Positions 9,709-19,854 of a DNA stretch of 64,000 nucleotides are shown piece after piece. The first letter of the stretch is position 1, and every line of letters starts with the position of its first letter. The stretch comes from Spirochaetota bacterium (lineage in GTDB: Bacteria > Spirochaetota > Spirochaetia > Treponematales > Treponemataceae). A program made the translations under genes and the position numbers. The DNA lies in NCBI GenBank assembly GCA_016285185.1, contig JAEEQG010000031.1:4118-68117 (forward strand). Reading direction: 5' to 3'. The notes beneath the pieces are model-generated. The model worked only from the letters and a program-made list of their open reading frames with translations, searched no databases and was not told where the DNA came from.

Positions 9709-10449
9709 CTATTGTACGGTACCGATTCTTGCAGGAACGTATGATTCAATGAAAAAGTGATTCAAAGAGCGGATTCCTGTATCTATGTCGGTATAATAAG
9801 AAACTTTCCAGTTTGAACCGAGCAATTGTTCCACCTGGGCCTTCAGCTCATTTTCTTTTTTGAATTTTACATCGGAAGAAATACAATTTAAAATAGCAGC
9901 CTGTATATCAAAAATTTCCTGAGCAGGTATTGTCTTGTGAACATCGGACTGCTCGACTATAAGAGAAGAAACATATTCAATCCCAAGAGCATTGTCTTCT
10001 TCAAAATCAGATGTTACAACAATAGAAAAAACAGGTTTGTCCCAGCCTTTGTCCTGCATGGTTGCAATAGGGCGGTGTATGTCTTCGGGAGCACCGAGCA
10101 GTATAAGTCCACATATATCGGGGTCTTCAAGAAAATCAGCGAGTTTACTTATGCGTATACGTTTACCTACCATAAAATCATCAGGGTATATTATCGGTTT
10201 TATTATTTTGTTGTCATCTTTTATATCAAATACTTTTTTTAGATATTCCTTTGAATCTTCAACAAATTCCGGTGAATTATAGCCGTAACCATATAAAACA
10301 GCTACTTTTTTTAACAGCGGTGTATCTTGATTTGAGGTTGCTTTTACAGAAGTTGTGGTTGTTTTTTTTTGTATTTCTTTTTGTGTACAGGATAAGAATA
10401 AAGATACAAAAAGCATTGAAAATACAAGTACAGTTGTTTTCGTTGTCAT
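9709..10449 (-). CDS. hypothetical lipoprotein
   Basis: The signal peptide ends in the lipobox LFLSC (MTTKTTVLVFSMLFVSLFLSCTQ). I recognise no family. Confidence 0.55.
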   Translation of the reverse strand: MTTKTTVLVFSMLFVSLFLSCTQKEIQKKTTTTSVKATSNQDTPLLKKVAVLYGYGYNSPEFVEDSKEYLKKVFDIKDDNKIIKPIIYPDDFMVGKRIRISKLADFLEDPDICGLILLGAPEDIHRPIATMQDKGWDKPVFSIVVTSDFEEDNALGIEYVSSLIVEQSDVHKTIPAQEIFDIQAAILNCISSDVKFKKENELKAQVEQLLGSNWKVSYYTDIDTGIRSLNHFFIESYVPARIGTVQ

Positions 10450-10513
10450 ATATAGTATATTAACCTTTTCTTGAATTATTGAAAAGTATTTGCTTTTATT
10501 ATAATGTGTGGAT

Positions 10514-12166
10514 ATGGAAATAATGTCAATTGTATTACAGCTTATAGGTAGTCTTGGATTCCTTCTTCATGGTATGAAAATGATGAGTGATGGTATTCAA
10601 AAGAGTACCGGCAAAAGCTTACATAAAACATTGGCATGGATGACAAGTAACCGTTTTCTGGCTGTTCTTACGGGTATGCTTGTAACGATGATTATTCAGT
10701 CTTCAGGTGCGACGACTGTTATGGTTGTAACATTTGTTAATGCAGGACTGATGACACTGGCTCAGTCTGTAGGTGTTATTTTTGGTGCTAACATCGGGAC
10801 AACGATTACAGCCTGGATTGTTTCCATATTCGGTTTTAATTTTAAGATAGCTGTTTTTGCTATTCCGATGTTCGGAATCGGATATTTCCTTTCCATTTTA
10901 AAAAACGGTCGATATAAAAACTGGGCAGAGGCTATTATGGGTTTTGCCCTGCTTTTCTTTGGATTGAGCGGGTTATCGGAAATCTTTACGCCGGAAAATC
11001 TCGGTTGGCTTTTTGCTTTCCGTTCTACCGGTGTAGGTGCAATTCTTGGCGGATTCCTGATAGGAATTATTATAACAGCCCTGCTTCATTCTTCTTCCGC
11101 ATTCTCAGCAATCGTAATTACAATGGCATATAATGGTCTTGTAAACTGGGAACTTGCTGCGGCGATGACTTTGGGAAGTAATATAGGTTCCACGATAGAC
11201 GCTGTTCTTGCTTCGATGGGAACAAGCGCTGATGCAAGGCGTTCTGCATTAATTCACGTTATGTTCAACGTTTTTGGCACCATACTCGCAATGATTTTCT
11301 TTGAGCCGTTCCTTAAGCTTGTAATTCTGCTGACACCGGGTGGAGCAAATTCCAATATAGCCATCCGTATTTCAATGCTTCATACCGTGTTCAAAACCTT
11401 GTCCACCGTCATTCTGCTTCCTATGCAGAATATGCTTGTAGCGCTTTCACAAAAGATTATCAAAGAAGACCAAGACAGGATTTCGGATAATTACCGGCTG
11501 GAGTTTGTTATTTCCGGTATACGTGAAAGTTCAGAAGCGTACATAATCCGTGCAGAAAAAGAAATATCGGATATGGTTTACATTGTTTCACGAATGTTTG
11601 AACGCTTGAAGAAGGGTTTTGAAAACAGGAACAGTACTTTTATTGTAGAGAATTTTGACAGGCTTTCTAAAAAAGAAGAATATGCAGATCAAATGAAGGA
11701 ACAGCTTTCGGATTATCTTATTAAGTGTTCCGAACATTTGCCACTGACTGATGAAGTTAAATACAATATTACAAATATGATTACTATTGTTGATGAGCTT
11801 GAAAGCATGACAGACGATTGTTTTAAAACCGCTGTTCTGATTAAGCGCAGTATCGATAAGGAAATGGTTTTCCCGAACGAAGATATGAAAGAACTTATTC
11901 CTTACAGTGACTTGGTTCATACTTTCCTTATGTTCATAAAAGACAATATCAACAAACGCCTTTCAGACGAACAGCTTGATCAGGCGCTGGACTTTGAAAA
12001 CCAGATTGACGCTGTACGTAAGACTCTTAAAAAGAAAGCTAAAAAACGTCTTGAAGAAGGTGCAAATGTCAAGACAGAGCTTTTGTATATCGACATTGTC
12101 CGTACAATCGAGAAAATCGGCGATCATGCGTTCAGTATTGCAAAAGCCCTTGCTCAGACCCGATAG
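10514..12166 (+). CDS. Na/Pi cotransporter family protein with C-terminal PhoU-like repeats
   Basis: Duplicated GANIGTT / GSNIGST motifs in a polytopic N-terminal half, and IEKIGDHAFSIAK at the C terminus. The start is uncertain (GTG 10508, ATG 10514, ATG 10523). Confidence 0.75.
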   Translation: MEIMSIVLQLIGSLGFLLHGMKMMSDGIQKSTGKSLHKTLAWMTSNRFLAVLTGMLVTMIIQSSGATTVMVVTFVNAGLMTLAQSVGVIFGANIGTTITAWIVSIFGFNFKIAVFAIPMFGIGYFLSILKNGRYKNWAEAIMGFALLFFGLSGLSEIFTPENLGWLFAFRSTGVGAILGGFLIGIIITALLHSSSAFSAIVITMAYNGLVNWELAAAMTLGSNIGSTIDAVLASMGTSADARRSALIHVMFNVFGTILAMIFFEPFLKLVILLTPGGANSNIAIRISMLHTVFKTLSTVILLPMQNMLVALSQKIIKEDQDRISDNYRLEFVISGIRESSEAYIIRAEKEISDMVYIVSRMFERLKKGFENRNSTFIVENFDRLSKKEEYADQMKEQLSDYLIKCSEHLPLTDEVKYNITNMITIVDELESMTDDCFKTAVLIKRSIDKEMVFPNEDMKELIPYSDLVHTFLMFIKDNINKRLSDEQLDQALDFENQIDAVRKTLKKKAKKRLEEGANVKTELLYIDIVRTIEKIGDHAFSIAKALAQTR

Positions 12167-12797
12167 TAGTATAGTTGCCGTGTCCCGGAAATACAATGGT
12201 TTCTGCCGGGAACGAAAGCAGTTTTTTGAGGCTTTCAAAAAGCAGATTTTCGTTACCGCCTCCAAAGTCTGTTCTGCCCCAGGAAGATTTGAACAGTGTG
12301 TCACCTGAAAAAAGAATTCCGGAGACTTTGTTGTAAAGGCAGATTGAACCTTCGCTGTGTCCCGGTGTGTGAACTACGGTAAAACCGCCTTTAAAATTTT
12401 CTGAATCATCAAACAAAACATCGTTTTGCTTAAGATGCACATCCGCTTCGGGTACATGCTTGGCACATTGTTCTATGTACGATTCAAGTCCTGAACCCGC
12501 AAACATACGGCATTGGTTTTTCAGTGCGTTTTCTCCGATTAAAAAAGCGTCGTCGCTGTGAATCATAATTTTTATGTCTTGAAAGCTTTTTTTTAAACCG
12601 CTGAGTGCGGCGATATGGTCAAAGTGTCCGTGTGTGAGTACAACCGCAACCGGCATAAGGCTTTTTTCATTAATAAAGGCTATGAGTTCGTCTTCGTTAC
12701 CGCCTGCATCGACAATAAAAACCTTTCCACCGCCTAGTTCAATGATGTATGAGTTTACTTCCAGAAGACCTGTTATAAAAGCATGGACAAACTTCAT
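12132..12797 (-). CDS. MBL-fold metallo-hydrolase (GloB-like)
   Basis: THGHFDH motif and HTPGHSEGS. The ATG at 12797 overlaps the upstream stop as ATGA. The 3' end overlaps the convergent Na/Pi gene by 35 bp. Confidence 0.8.
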   Translation of the reverse strand: MKFVHAFITGLLEVNSYIIELGGGKVFIVDAGGNEDELIAFINEKSLMPVAVVLTHGHFDHIAALSGLKKSFQDIKIMIHSDDAFLIGENALKNQCRMFAGSGLESYIEQCAKHVPEADVHLKQNDVLFDDSENFKGGFTVVHTPGHSEGSICLYNKVSGILFSGDTLFKSSWGRTDFGGGNENLLFESLKKLLSFPAETIVFPGHGNYTTIGSEQGLLQY

Positions 12798-13972
12798 TGT
12801 TTTACCCTGATAAGTTTCCAAATGTCGGAATCTTCCTGCCCTAGTCTCCAAAAACCGACGGATGTAATTCCAAGTTCATTGTAAATTTCGAGACGTTTGC
12901 TTAAAGAAAGTGCATTATCAAGATAAAATATGTATGTGACGTTTTTTGAAAGCTTAAAAGTAGGGATCCCGTTTTCCAAAGTTACCGGAGTGATTTTTGT
13001 GTCTTCGGAAAGCTTGCCCTTTGAGTTTTCGCCGCGGTAAAGTCTGTCAATGGAACTGAATCTGTATGCGCCCGCTGTATCGTCGTTTGACCACGCTCTG
13101 CCGTAAAATGGAAGTCCCATAATGAGTTTTTCAGGTGGAATTGTTTCGGCGGCGTATGTTGCAACGTTTCTGCACCATTCAAGCGAGGCGACCGGTCCGG
13201 GTGCACTGGTTGACCAGTGTTCATCGTATGCCATAACGAGAATGCGGTCTGCAATTTTGCTCAATTCTTCGTAATCGTATGCATCAACTTTCAGTTTTTT
13301 TGTTCGGGCTGGTATTGCAATACTCAATGTTTTGTCCTTGCCCAGTCCTTTTTTTAGTTCGCGCAGAAAGCTCCAGTAATGTTCTTTGTCTTCCTTGCTG
13401 ACAAGCTCAAAATCTATCTGAAGTCCGTCAAAAGGTTTTGCTGCTTCAAGCATTGATTTTATGAGCTTTTTGCGTACGTTGTATTCCGGGTCAAGACAAA
13501 AGTGTGTAAGTGCTTTCCCGCTGTCTATTACTACAAGATGAACTCTTGCATCTGTCTTTGGCAGTTTTTTAAGATCAGGTACACCGACAAGTTCCCCGAA
13601 TGTACTTAAACCCGCATTAAAATAGCCTATATCCGTAACAGGAAGTTCTGAATTGTAGTACTGTTCCTGCCCATATATCAAATAACCCCATATTTCATTG
13701 TATTCCTGTACCGGTATTGTTTGCAGGTGCTCCTCTGTAACCGAAACAGCTGTTTTTACTGTTGAATCAGTTACCGGATACTGATATTTTTCGAGTCGGT
13801 CGTCTGTGTTTTCAAAATAGTTTTGATCTGAATCGGTTTCAGTTTCTAATGCTTTATCGGTGTTTTCTTTTTGAGCTTTTGCCTGTATAGGCCTGACGGA
13901 ACAAAACGCATATATGATAACAAAACACAATATTAAAATTTTGTGAGAAAGAGAGGAAGAAAAATTATTCAT
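12794..13972 (-). CDS. secreted glycoside hydrolase family 18 (chitinase/YaaH-like)
   Basis: N-terminal signal peptide and the GH18 catalytic motif FDGLQIDFE. Confidence 0.75.
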   Translation of the reverse strand: MNNFSSSLSHKILILCFVIIYAFCSVRPIQAKAQKENTDKALETETDSDQNYFENTDDRLEKYQYPVTDSTVKTAVSVTEEHLQTIPVQEYNEIWGYLIYGQEQYYNSELPVTDIGYFNAGLSTFGELVGVPDLKKLPKTDARVHLVVIDSGKALTHFCLDPEYNVRKKLIKSMLEAAKPFDGLQIDFELVSKEDKEHYWSFLRELKKGLGKDKTLSIAIPARTKKLKVDAYDYEELSKIADRILVMAYDEHWSTSAPGPVASLEWCRNVATYAAETIPPEKLIMGLPFYGRAWSNDDTAGAYRFSSIDRLYRGENSKGKLSEDTKITPVTLENGIPTFKLSKNVTYIFYLDNALSLSKRLEIYNELGITSVGFWRLGQEDSDIWKLIRVKQ

Positions 13973-14004
13973 AATGCAATTATCGGACGATTTTCAGGCT
14001 GTTT

Positions 14005-14613
14005 TTATTCCTTTTCAATTACATTTTTAATTGCTGCAAGAAAATCGGAATATTCTGTAAATGCCTTGAACTGAGAATATTCTTTGGCTATGTGTTCCGG
14101 TGGACGGAATAAAAATCCTGCCTGAGAATTTTTAATCATTTCAAGGTCGTTGAAAGAATCACCTGCTGCTATGGTTTTGAATCCTATTGATTGCAAAGCT
14201 TTTACTGCGTGGTATTTGCCGTTCTGTTGGCGCAGATTGTAACCGATGATTCTGTTGTTTGCATCGACTGTTAAATCATTGCAGAAAATAGTAGGGTAGC
14301 CGAGCTTTTTCATAAGCGGTGCGGCAAATTCCTTGAATGTATCTGAAAGTATGATAACCTGAGAGAAAGAACGAAGCTCATCTAAAAATTCTTTTGCTCC
14401 CGGAAGGGGGTCTATTTTGGAAATTGTGTTTTGAATCTCTTTAAGACCGAGTCCGTGTTCCTCAAGAATAGCGATTCGCTTTTTCATTAGAACATCATAA
14501 TCGGGTATATCTCTTGTAGTAAGACGCAGCTCCTCGATCCCAGTTTCTTCTGAAAAAGCAATCCAAATTTCAGGGACGAGAACACCTTCCAAATCAAGAC
14601 AGGTAATATACAT
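14005..14613 (-). CDS. thrH: phosphoserine phosphatase / homoserine phosphotransferase ThrH (HAD family)
   Basis: MYITCLDLEGVLVPEIWIAFSE...TRDIPDYDVLMKKRI...VIILSDTF...AAGDSFND closely parallels Pseudomonas ThrH as I recall it. An SD (aagagg) is present. Confidence 0.8.
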   Translation of the reverse strand: MYITCLDLEGVLVPEIWIAFSEETGIEELRLTTRDIPDYDVLMKKRIAILEEHGLGLKEIQNTISKIDPLPGAKEFLDELRSFSQVIILSDTFKEFAAPLMKKLGYPTIFCNDLTVDANNRIIGYNLRQQNGKYHAVKALQSIGFKTIAAGDSFNDLEMIKNSQAGFLFRPPEHIAKEYSQFKAFTEYSDFLAAIKNVIEKE

Positions 14614-14678
14614 AAAAGCCTCTTTTTTATTTAGTTTCCAAAGTATAGCATGTCAGGGGCAAAAGCTCAACTTCCTTG

Positions 14679-14707
14679 TTGACGGTCTGTATGCTTTCTT
14701 GTATTCT
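14679..14707 (+). promoter_or_regulatory. sigma-70-type promoter TTGACG-17-TATTCT; the -10 ends 7 nt before the ATG at 14715
   Basis: TTGACG at 14679-14684 and TATTCT at 14702-14707, with no SD before 14715. Confidence 0.45.
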
Positions 14708-14714
14708 TTTGAGT

Positions 14715-15938
14715 ATGAAAATCTGGTTAAAGTATTTATTGGGCTGTGCAATTGGTATTGCTATGGCATTTGTACTGCAGGGTGATAACAATCAGGCAAT
14801 TGAAATAATCAATTATATTTCGGATTTGGCAGTAAATATAGGAAAATACAGTTTGGTTCCGTTACTTTTCTTTACCATGACAGTTTCGGTTTTTGAACTC
14901 AGGGAAGAAAAATCTCTTTTACGGATAGCAATAAAAACAATTATTATCACTGTTATTACTACCATTGGATTAATGATTCTGGGGCTTGTTGCTGTAATCT
15001 TTTTCCCGCCGGCAAGAATTCCTGTTTCAGTTGGTGAGGTTTCCCAGAATTATACATTAAGTATTACAGAAAACATTATGAAGATTTTTCCGGCTTCTAA
15101 TTTTGAGTCATTTCTTGATGGATCTTTTCTGTTGCCTCTTTACGTACTTGCGGGGTTTGCTGGTGCAGGTTGTGCTGCCGAACGCAATTCAAAACCAATG
15201 CTTAATTTGTTTGATTCTATTTCGCGTGTGTCTTATGCAGTAATGAGTTTTTTTATAGAGATTCTGGCAATAGGTTTTATTGCACTCAGTGCTTCTTGGA
15301 CATTCATGTTCTTCAAGATCCTTAAGTCATCTTCAATGCTTTATCTGGCTGGTATGGTGTCGTGTATCGCCTTTATTGTAATTATTCTTATTTATCCTTT
15401 GATTCTCAGATTTTCTTTTAAGGAAAGACATCCTTACAAATTGTTGTATGCGGCAACTGCCTCAATACTTACGGCATTTTTCTCCGGAAATTACAATCTT
15501 ACATTGGGCGTTATGCTGCGACATGCAAAAGAAAGTCTTGGTGTAAAACGCAGGATTGGTTCTGTGACACTCCCTGTTTTTTCAACATTTGCGCGCGGTG
15601 GAAGTGCCATGATTCTGGTCATCTCTTTTGTTGTAATATTAAAATCGTATATTGACTATGGTGTTTTGGAGAATATTCCCTGGATTTTGATAACATCGTT
15701 TGTTATTTCGTTTTTTCTTGGTTCTCTGCCTGCAGAAGGAATCCCTGTAGCTCTTTCGGTAATGTGTTCACTTTATGGTCGCGGTTTTGAAAACGGTTAT
15801 CTGATTCTTAAACCTGTAATGTTCTTCCTGTGTTCCATTGCTGCTGTAATTGATGCTGCAACAGCCTTTTTCGGTACATATTGCATAGCATTAAAGGAAC
15901 ACAAGATAGAACACCAGAATTTACATTTCTATATTTGA
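14715..15938 (+). CDS. polytopic membrane transporter, divergent dicarboxylate/amino acid:cation symporter (DAACS)-like
   Basis: About 10 hydrophobic segments. AEGIPVALSVM and IDAATAFFG resemble the DAACS C-terminal hairpin motifs. The start at 14715 is chosen from promoter geometry; the track ORF starts at TTG 14676. Confidence 0.5.
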   Translation: MKIWLKYLLGCAIGIAMAFVLQGDNNQAIEIINYISDLAVNIGKYSLVPLLFFTMTVSVFELREEKSLLRIAIKTIIITVITTIGLMILGLVAVIFFPPARIPVSVGEVSQNYTLSITENIMKIFPASNFESFLDGSFLLPLYVLAGFAGAGCAAERNSKPMLNLFDSISRVSYAVMSFFIEILAIGFIALSASWTFMFFKILKSSSMLYLAGMVSCIAFIVIILIYPLILRFSFKERHPYKLLYAATASILTAFFSGNYNLTLGVMLRHAKESLGVKRRIGSVTLPVFSTFARGGSAMILVISFVVILKSYIDYGVLENIPWILITSFVISFFLGSLPAEGIPVALSVMCSLYGRGFENGYLILKPVMFFLCSIAAVIDAATAFFGTYCIALKEHKIEHQNLHFYI

Positions 15939-18900
15939 TCCTACGGATTGAAGAGGACGGCTCGGAACGTGGATTATATCTCGTGGTTTTGAGCCGTTTG
16001 CAGGTCCTACGATTCCACGTTCTTCCATTTCTTCTACAAGTCTGGCAGCCCTGTTGTAGCCGATTTTGAGTCTTCGCTGAATGTATGAGGCAGAGGCTTT
16101 ACCTGCTTGAGTAACGATTTCAAGAGCTTTTTCGTAAAGAGGGTCTTCACCGTCTGTAAACAGGGTGGGTTCGCTTTCTTCCTCTTCTTCATCAAAGAAA
16201 ATTTCTTCATCAATGTATTCGGGTTCACCGAATTGTTTTACACACTGAACAACGTTTTCAACTTCGTCTTCAGAAACAAATGTTCCTTGAATACGGACAG
16301 GAAAAGGATCCACGGCTGAAGAATATAGCATGTCGCCCTTGCCGAGTAATTTTTCTGCGCCAACCTGATCGATGATAATGCGGCTGTCCATTTTTGAAGC
16401 GACCATAAATGCGATACGGGCTGGAATATTGGCTTTGATAAGGCCTGTAATAACATCGATAGAAGGACGCTGTGTAGCAAGTACGATATGGATTCCTACA
16501 GCACGACTCATTGCAGCAAGGCGGGCAACGGTGGATTCAAGTTCTTTGCCTGTTGTTGCCATTAAGTCAGCGAATTCATCGATTACTACAACTATGTAAG
16601 GTAGTTTTTCATTGCAGAAATTGCGTTCGACTATTCTTTTGTTGTAGCTCTTTATATCACGGACACCCATGTGGTCGAGCAATGCATAACGGCGTTCCAT
16701 TTCGCAAAGGCAGTACTGAAGTGCCTGAAAAGCTTTTTTAGGTTCTGTTATAACCGGTGTGAGCAGGTGAGGAATATCGTTGTAAAGTTTTAGTTCAACG
16801 ATTTTCGGATCAATGAGAATCAGCTTTACCTGTTCCGGTGAGCGTTTATATAAGATTGAAAGAATCATTGTGTTAACGCATACAGATTTTCCTGAACCGG
16901 TTGAACCAGCAATCAAAAGGTGAGGTGTTGCTGCAAGGTCTATTATCTGTGCACCGCCTGTAATATCCTTACCTAGGATTACTGGGATTTGCATTTTATT
17001 GAAATTTTCGGAATTGCTTTCGATTATTTCCTTGAAGCTTACAATAGCACGTTGCTTATTAGGGACTTCAATACCAACTGCATGTTTTCCGGGAATCGGT
17101 GCAACGATACGTACGCTCGATGCAGCAAGACGCAGTGCTATATTGTCCTGCAATGCCACAATTTTGTTGAGTTTTACACCGGGTGCAGGCAGAATTTCAA
17201 ACATTGTGACGACTGGACCTTTGCGGATTCCTGTAACATCTGCTTCAATCTTGAATTCCGAGAGGGTTTCCTTTAAAAGCGCTGCCGCATGCTGTGTTTC
17301 TGCATCGATGATCCAGTATTGTCCGTCGGGATATGAGTGCAGAATGTTCTCGGTAGGAATCTGGTATTTTGAGGAAACAGGAATTTGGTTATCGTAAATA
17401 TTATCTTCAGTATTGATACTTGCCTGGAAATCTTCTGTGTCTGAGTTTTCCTCTGTATAAGCGCTATCCTCAGCTTCAACGTTCTCTATGCTTTCTTTTG
17501 TCTGTGGTAGTTTTACGGTGATTTCCTGCTCAGCAGCTTTGGCAATTTCTGTTTCGGTATTTGCTGTGTTTTCGATGACTTCAACATTAGTTACAGATTC
17601 AGTCTCCGGTATAATCCGGGGCGTCTGTCCTTCTGCTTCGTCATCAACGGAAAAAGGAACTTCATCATCGTATTCTTTTGTATCTTCGTAACTTTCGGTT
17701 TCATCCTCTTCTGTTGATTCAAAAAAAGATTCGTCTATTTCCAGTGTATCCGGAATTTCAGGATCATCGGTAAAATCTGTTTCAGAATCGGTAAGCTTGT
17801 TTTCTGATTCATATCCTTTGTTTTTTATAATTGAAATTTCATTATCAGGAGATTTTATTGCTTCAAATTCATTTACGCTGATTACATCCTGTTGCTTTAG
17901 TACAGGTGTAGCCGGAAAGTCCGGAATATGAATCTCTCCATTTTCTGTATCGGATTCTGTCAAGTTTTCTTCTGGTTGTTCTTCTTCGGAGTCGTAAGAA
18001 TCAAATTCTGGTTCATTTGTTATGTTTTCTTCCTCTGTTATTCCGGAACATTCTTCATTGGGTTCATCAAATGGATTTGAAAGAAATGCAGCTTCGTCTT
18101 CGTTTACAAGATCAGTGGGCAGGGGTATTTCATCAGTATGAGATACTTCTTCATGTGCAGCTTCTTCTTCGCTGAGGTTTTTTATTACAAAATAGTTATT
18201 TGTTTCCGTGTTTTCTTCCGGTACATTTTCAATATTGTTAGATACGGGTTCTTCCTCTGTTTTTTCCTTTATTTCAGAAATTTTCATGTCAGGAACAATC
18301 ATCTGATGAAAATCCACAAAAATTGGCTCATTTTGCTGTACATTCTGTGGAGTTTCTGTTTTTACTTCGCCTTTTATGTTTTTGCGGATATAATCACCTA
18401 CAGAACTGTAGTTTTTCCAGTTTGCTGTTTTTTTTGCGATTTGCTCGCCGTATGGTACATATTTAGGCGGCTGAAAGCCTGTGTTTGATGATTCTTCGTT
18501 TGTTTCAGAGTATTCCGGTGTTTCAGATTCTTTTACAGAAAAATCACTTTCCGGTATTTCCTCAGTTTTGCGTGGAGTAAAGGGCGTAATGATTTCTTCT
18601 TCGTCTTCTTTTTTTGCTTGAACGGCCATTTTAGCTGCATAGGCAAGAATAAAGTCTGCCAGCATACCAATCAATATGTATTCAATGGCAACAAGCAGTC
18701 CGCAGATTATAAGAGCGGCACCTGATTTTATCCCGGCAAAAACTGTTCCATCAGTTTTGTAGATGAATTTTGCAACCTTTTCCGCTAGGCAGATAGTAGC
18801 GAATGGTACTATTGAGCAGAAAAAATAAACCGCAGTTTTTACAGAAGCTTTTCCACATAAAAGAATGATGCCTGCGAGAGCTGCAAAAACAGGGATTAGA

Positions 18901-19067
18901 ATTGAACTGAAGCCATATACATTGTAAAGAATAACACCTGTATTGAAAACGGGGCTTTGGTTTTCCGCAGGTACAAAAAACTGCAACAATACTGCCGCAA
19001 GCAGGAATATTGCTGCTATCTCAAAAATGATGCCAAAAAATATGCCCGTTTTATTTGATTTACTCAT
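15921..19067 (-). CDS. ftsK: DNA translocase FtsK/SpoIIIE
   Basis: 1048 aa. N-terminal TM segments, a ~400-aa acidic linker, the motor domain (LLIAGSTGSGKS, VVVIDEFADL), and a C-terminal gamma winged helix (ASASYIQRRLKIGYNRAARLVEEME). Confidence 0.95.
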   Translation of the reverse strand: MSKSNKTGIFFGIIFEIAAIFLLAAVLLQFFVPAENQSPVFNTGVILYNVYGFSSILIPVFAALAGIILLCGKASVKTAVYFFCSIVPFATICLAEKVAKFIYKTDGTVFAGIKSGAALIICGLLVAIEYILIGMLADFILAYAAKMAVQAKKEDEEEIITPFTPRKTEEIPESDFSVKESETPEYSETNEESSNTGFQPPKYVPYGEQIAKKTANWKNYSSVGDYIRKNIKGEVKTETPQNVQQNEPIFVDFHQMIVPDMKISEIKEKTEEEPVSNNIENVPEENTETNNYFVIKNLSEEEAAHEEVSHTDEIPLPTDLVNEDEAAFLSNPFDEPNEECSGITEEENITNEPEFDSYDSEEEQPEENLTESDTENGEIHIPDFPATPVLKQQDVISVNEFEAIKSPDNEISIIKNKGYESENKLTDSETDFTDDPEIPDTLEIDESFFESTEEDETESYEDTKEYDDEVPFSVDDEAEGQTPRIIPETESVTNVEVIENTANTETEIAKAAEQEITVKLPQTKESIENVEAEDSAYTEENSDTEDFQASINTEDNIYDNQIPVSSKYQIPTENILHSYPDGQYWIIDAETQHAAALLKETLSEFKIEADVTGIRKGPVVTMFEILPAPGVKLNKIVALQDNIALRLAASSVRIVAPIPGKHAVGIEVPNKQRAIVSFKEIIESNSENFNKMQIPVILGKDITGGAQIIDLAATPHLLIAGSTGSGKSVCVNTMILSILYKRSPEQVKLILIDPKIVELKLYNDIPHLLTPVITEPKKAFQALQYCLCEMERRYALLDHMGVRDIKSYNKRIVERNFCNEKLPYIVVVIDEFADLMATTGKELESTVARLAAMSRAVGIHIVLATQRPSIDVITGLIKANIPARIAFMVASKMDSRIIIDQVGAEKLLGKGDMLYSSAVDPFPVRIQGTFVSEDEVENVVQCVKQFGEPEYIDEEIFFDEEEEESEPTLFTDGEDPLYEKALEIVTQAGKASASYIQRRLKIGYNRAARLVEEMEERGIVGPANGSKPRDIIHVPSRPLQSVGSNIEM

Positions 19068-19138
19068 TATATAACTCCGAAAAAATGTGAAAGTTCACTT
19101 TTCATTTATCGGAATTAAAAAAACGGATATTAGTGTTT

Positions 19139-19849
19139 TTAGTCGTTCATTTGGATTTTGAGAAGTTTCCCGATGTTTTTCAAATCATCTGTAAGTGAGA
19201 TTGTATCAATATCATAAGGAACTTTTACTGTAAAAGTAATGTGGAACCTGTCGGCATCAATTTCTTCGGAAAAGTCGGTGTTTGTAATAATAATTCCTCT
19301 GCTTAGCAGTTCATCTTTAAGTTTGATGAGATTGATTCTGCTGTTTTTAAAAACTAGTTCCAGGTGTTTTACTTGTTCAGCCGGAAAGTAGTGCTTTTCG
19401 AATTTCCCAAGCACAAACATAATAATGATGCATAGTAATAATGCCACAAATGCCAATGTAATGAGGCCTGCTCCGGTTGCCATACCGATAGCGGCTGCTG
19501 ACCATATTGTAGCGGCAGTGTTAAGACCTCTTATGTTCAAACCTTGTCTGATAATGGCACCTGCACCAAGAAAGCCGATGCCTGAGACAATCTGTGCGGC
19601 AATGCGTGCGGGGTCTCCTCTGTCAGGTGTGTATGCGAGGGGTATATAAATGGAAAGTATCATCAAAAGGCACGAAGAACTGCATATAAGTACATGGGTT
19701 CTCAAAACTGCATTTTGCAGGTGTAGTTTCCGCTCGAGACCGAGGAAAAAGCCTGCAACGGCACTGAACGCAATACGGAATATCATTGTTGCAGAGGTTA
19801 ACTCAGGAGCGGTTGTCAAATACTTAAAAAACGTAAAAAAATTATTCAT
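19139..19849 (-). CDS. mgtC: MgtC/SapB family membrane protein
   Basis: GFFLGLERKLH, LRTHVLI and GIGFLGAGAII motifs. It starts 5 bp downstream of the preceding gene. Confidence 0.8.
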   Translation of the reverse strand: MNNFFTFFKYLTTAPELTSATMIFRIAFSAVAGFFLGLERKLHLQNAVLRTHVLICSSSCLLMILSIYIPLAYTPDRGDPARIAAQIVSGIGFLGAGAIIRQGLNIRGLNTAATIWSAAAIGMATGAGLITLAFVALLLCIIIMFVLGKFEKHYFPAEQVKHLELVFKNSRINLIKLKDELLSRGIIITNTDFSEEIDADRFHITFTVKVPYDIDTISLTDDLKNIGKLLKIQMND

Positions 19850-19854
19850 CTGTA

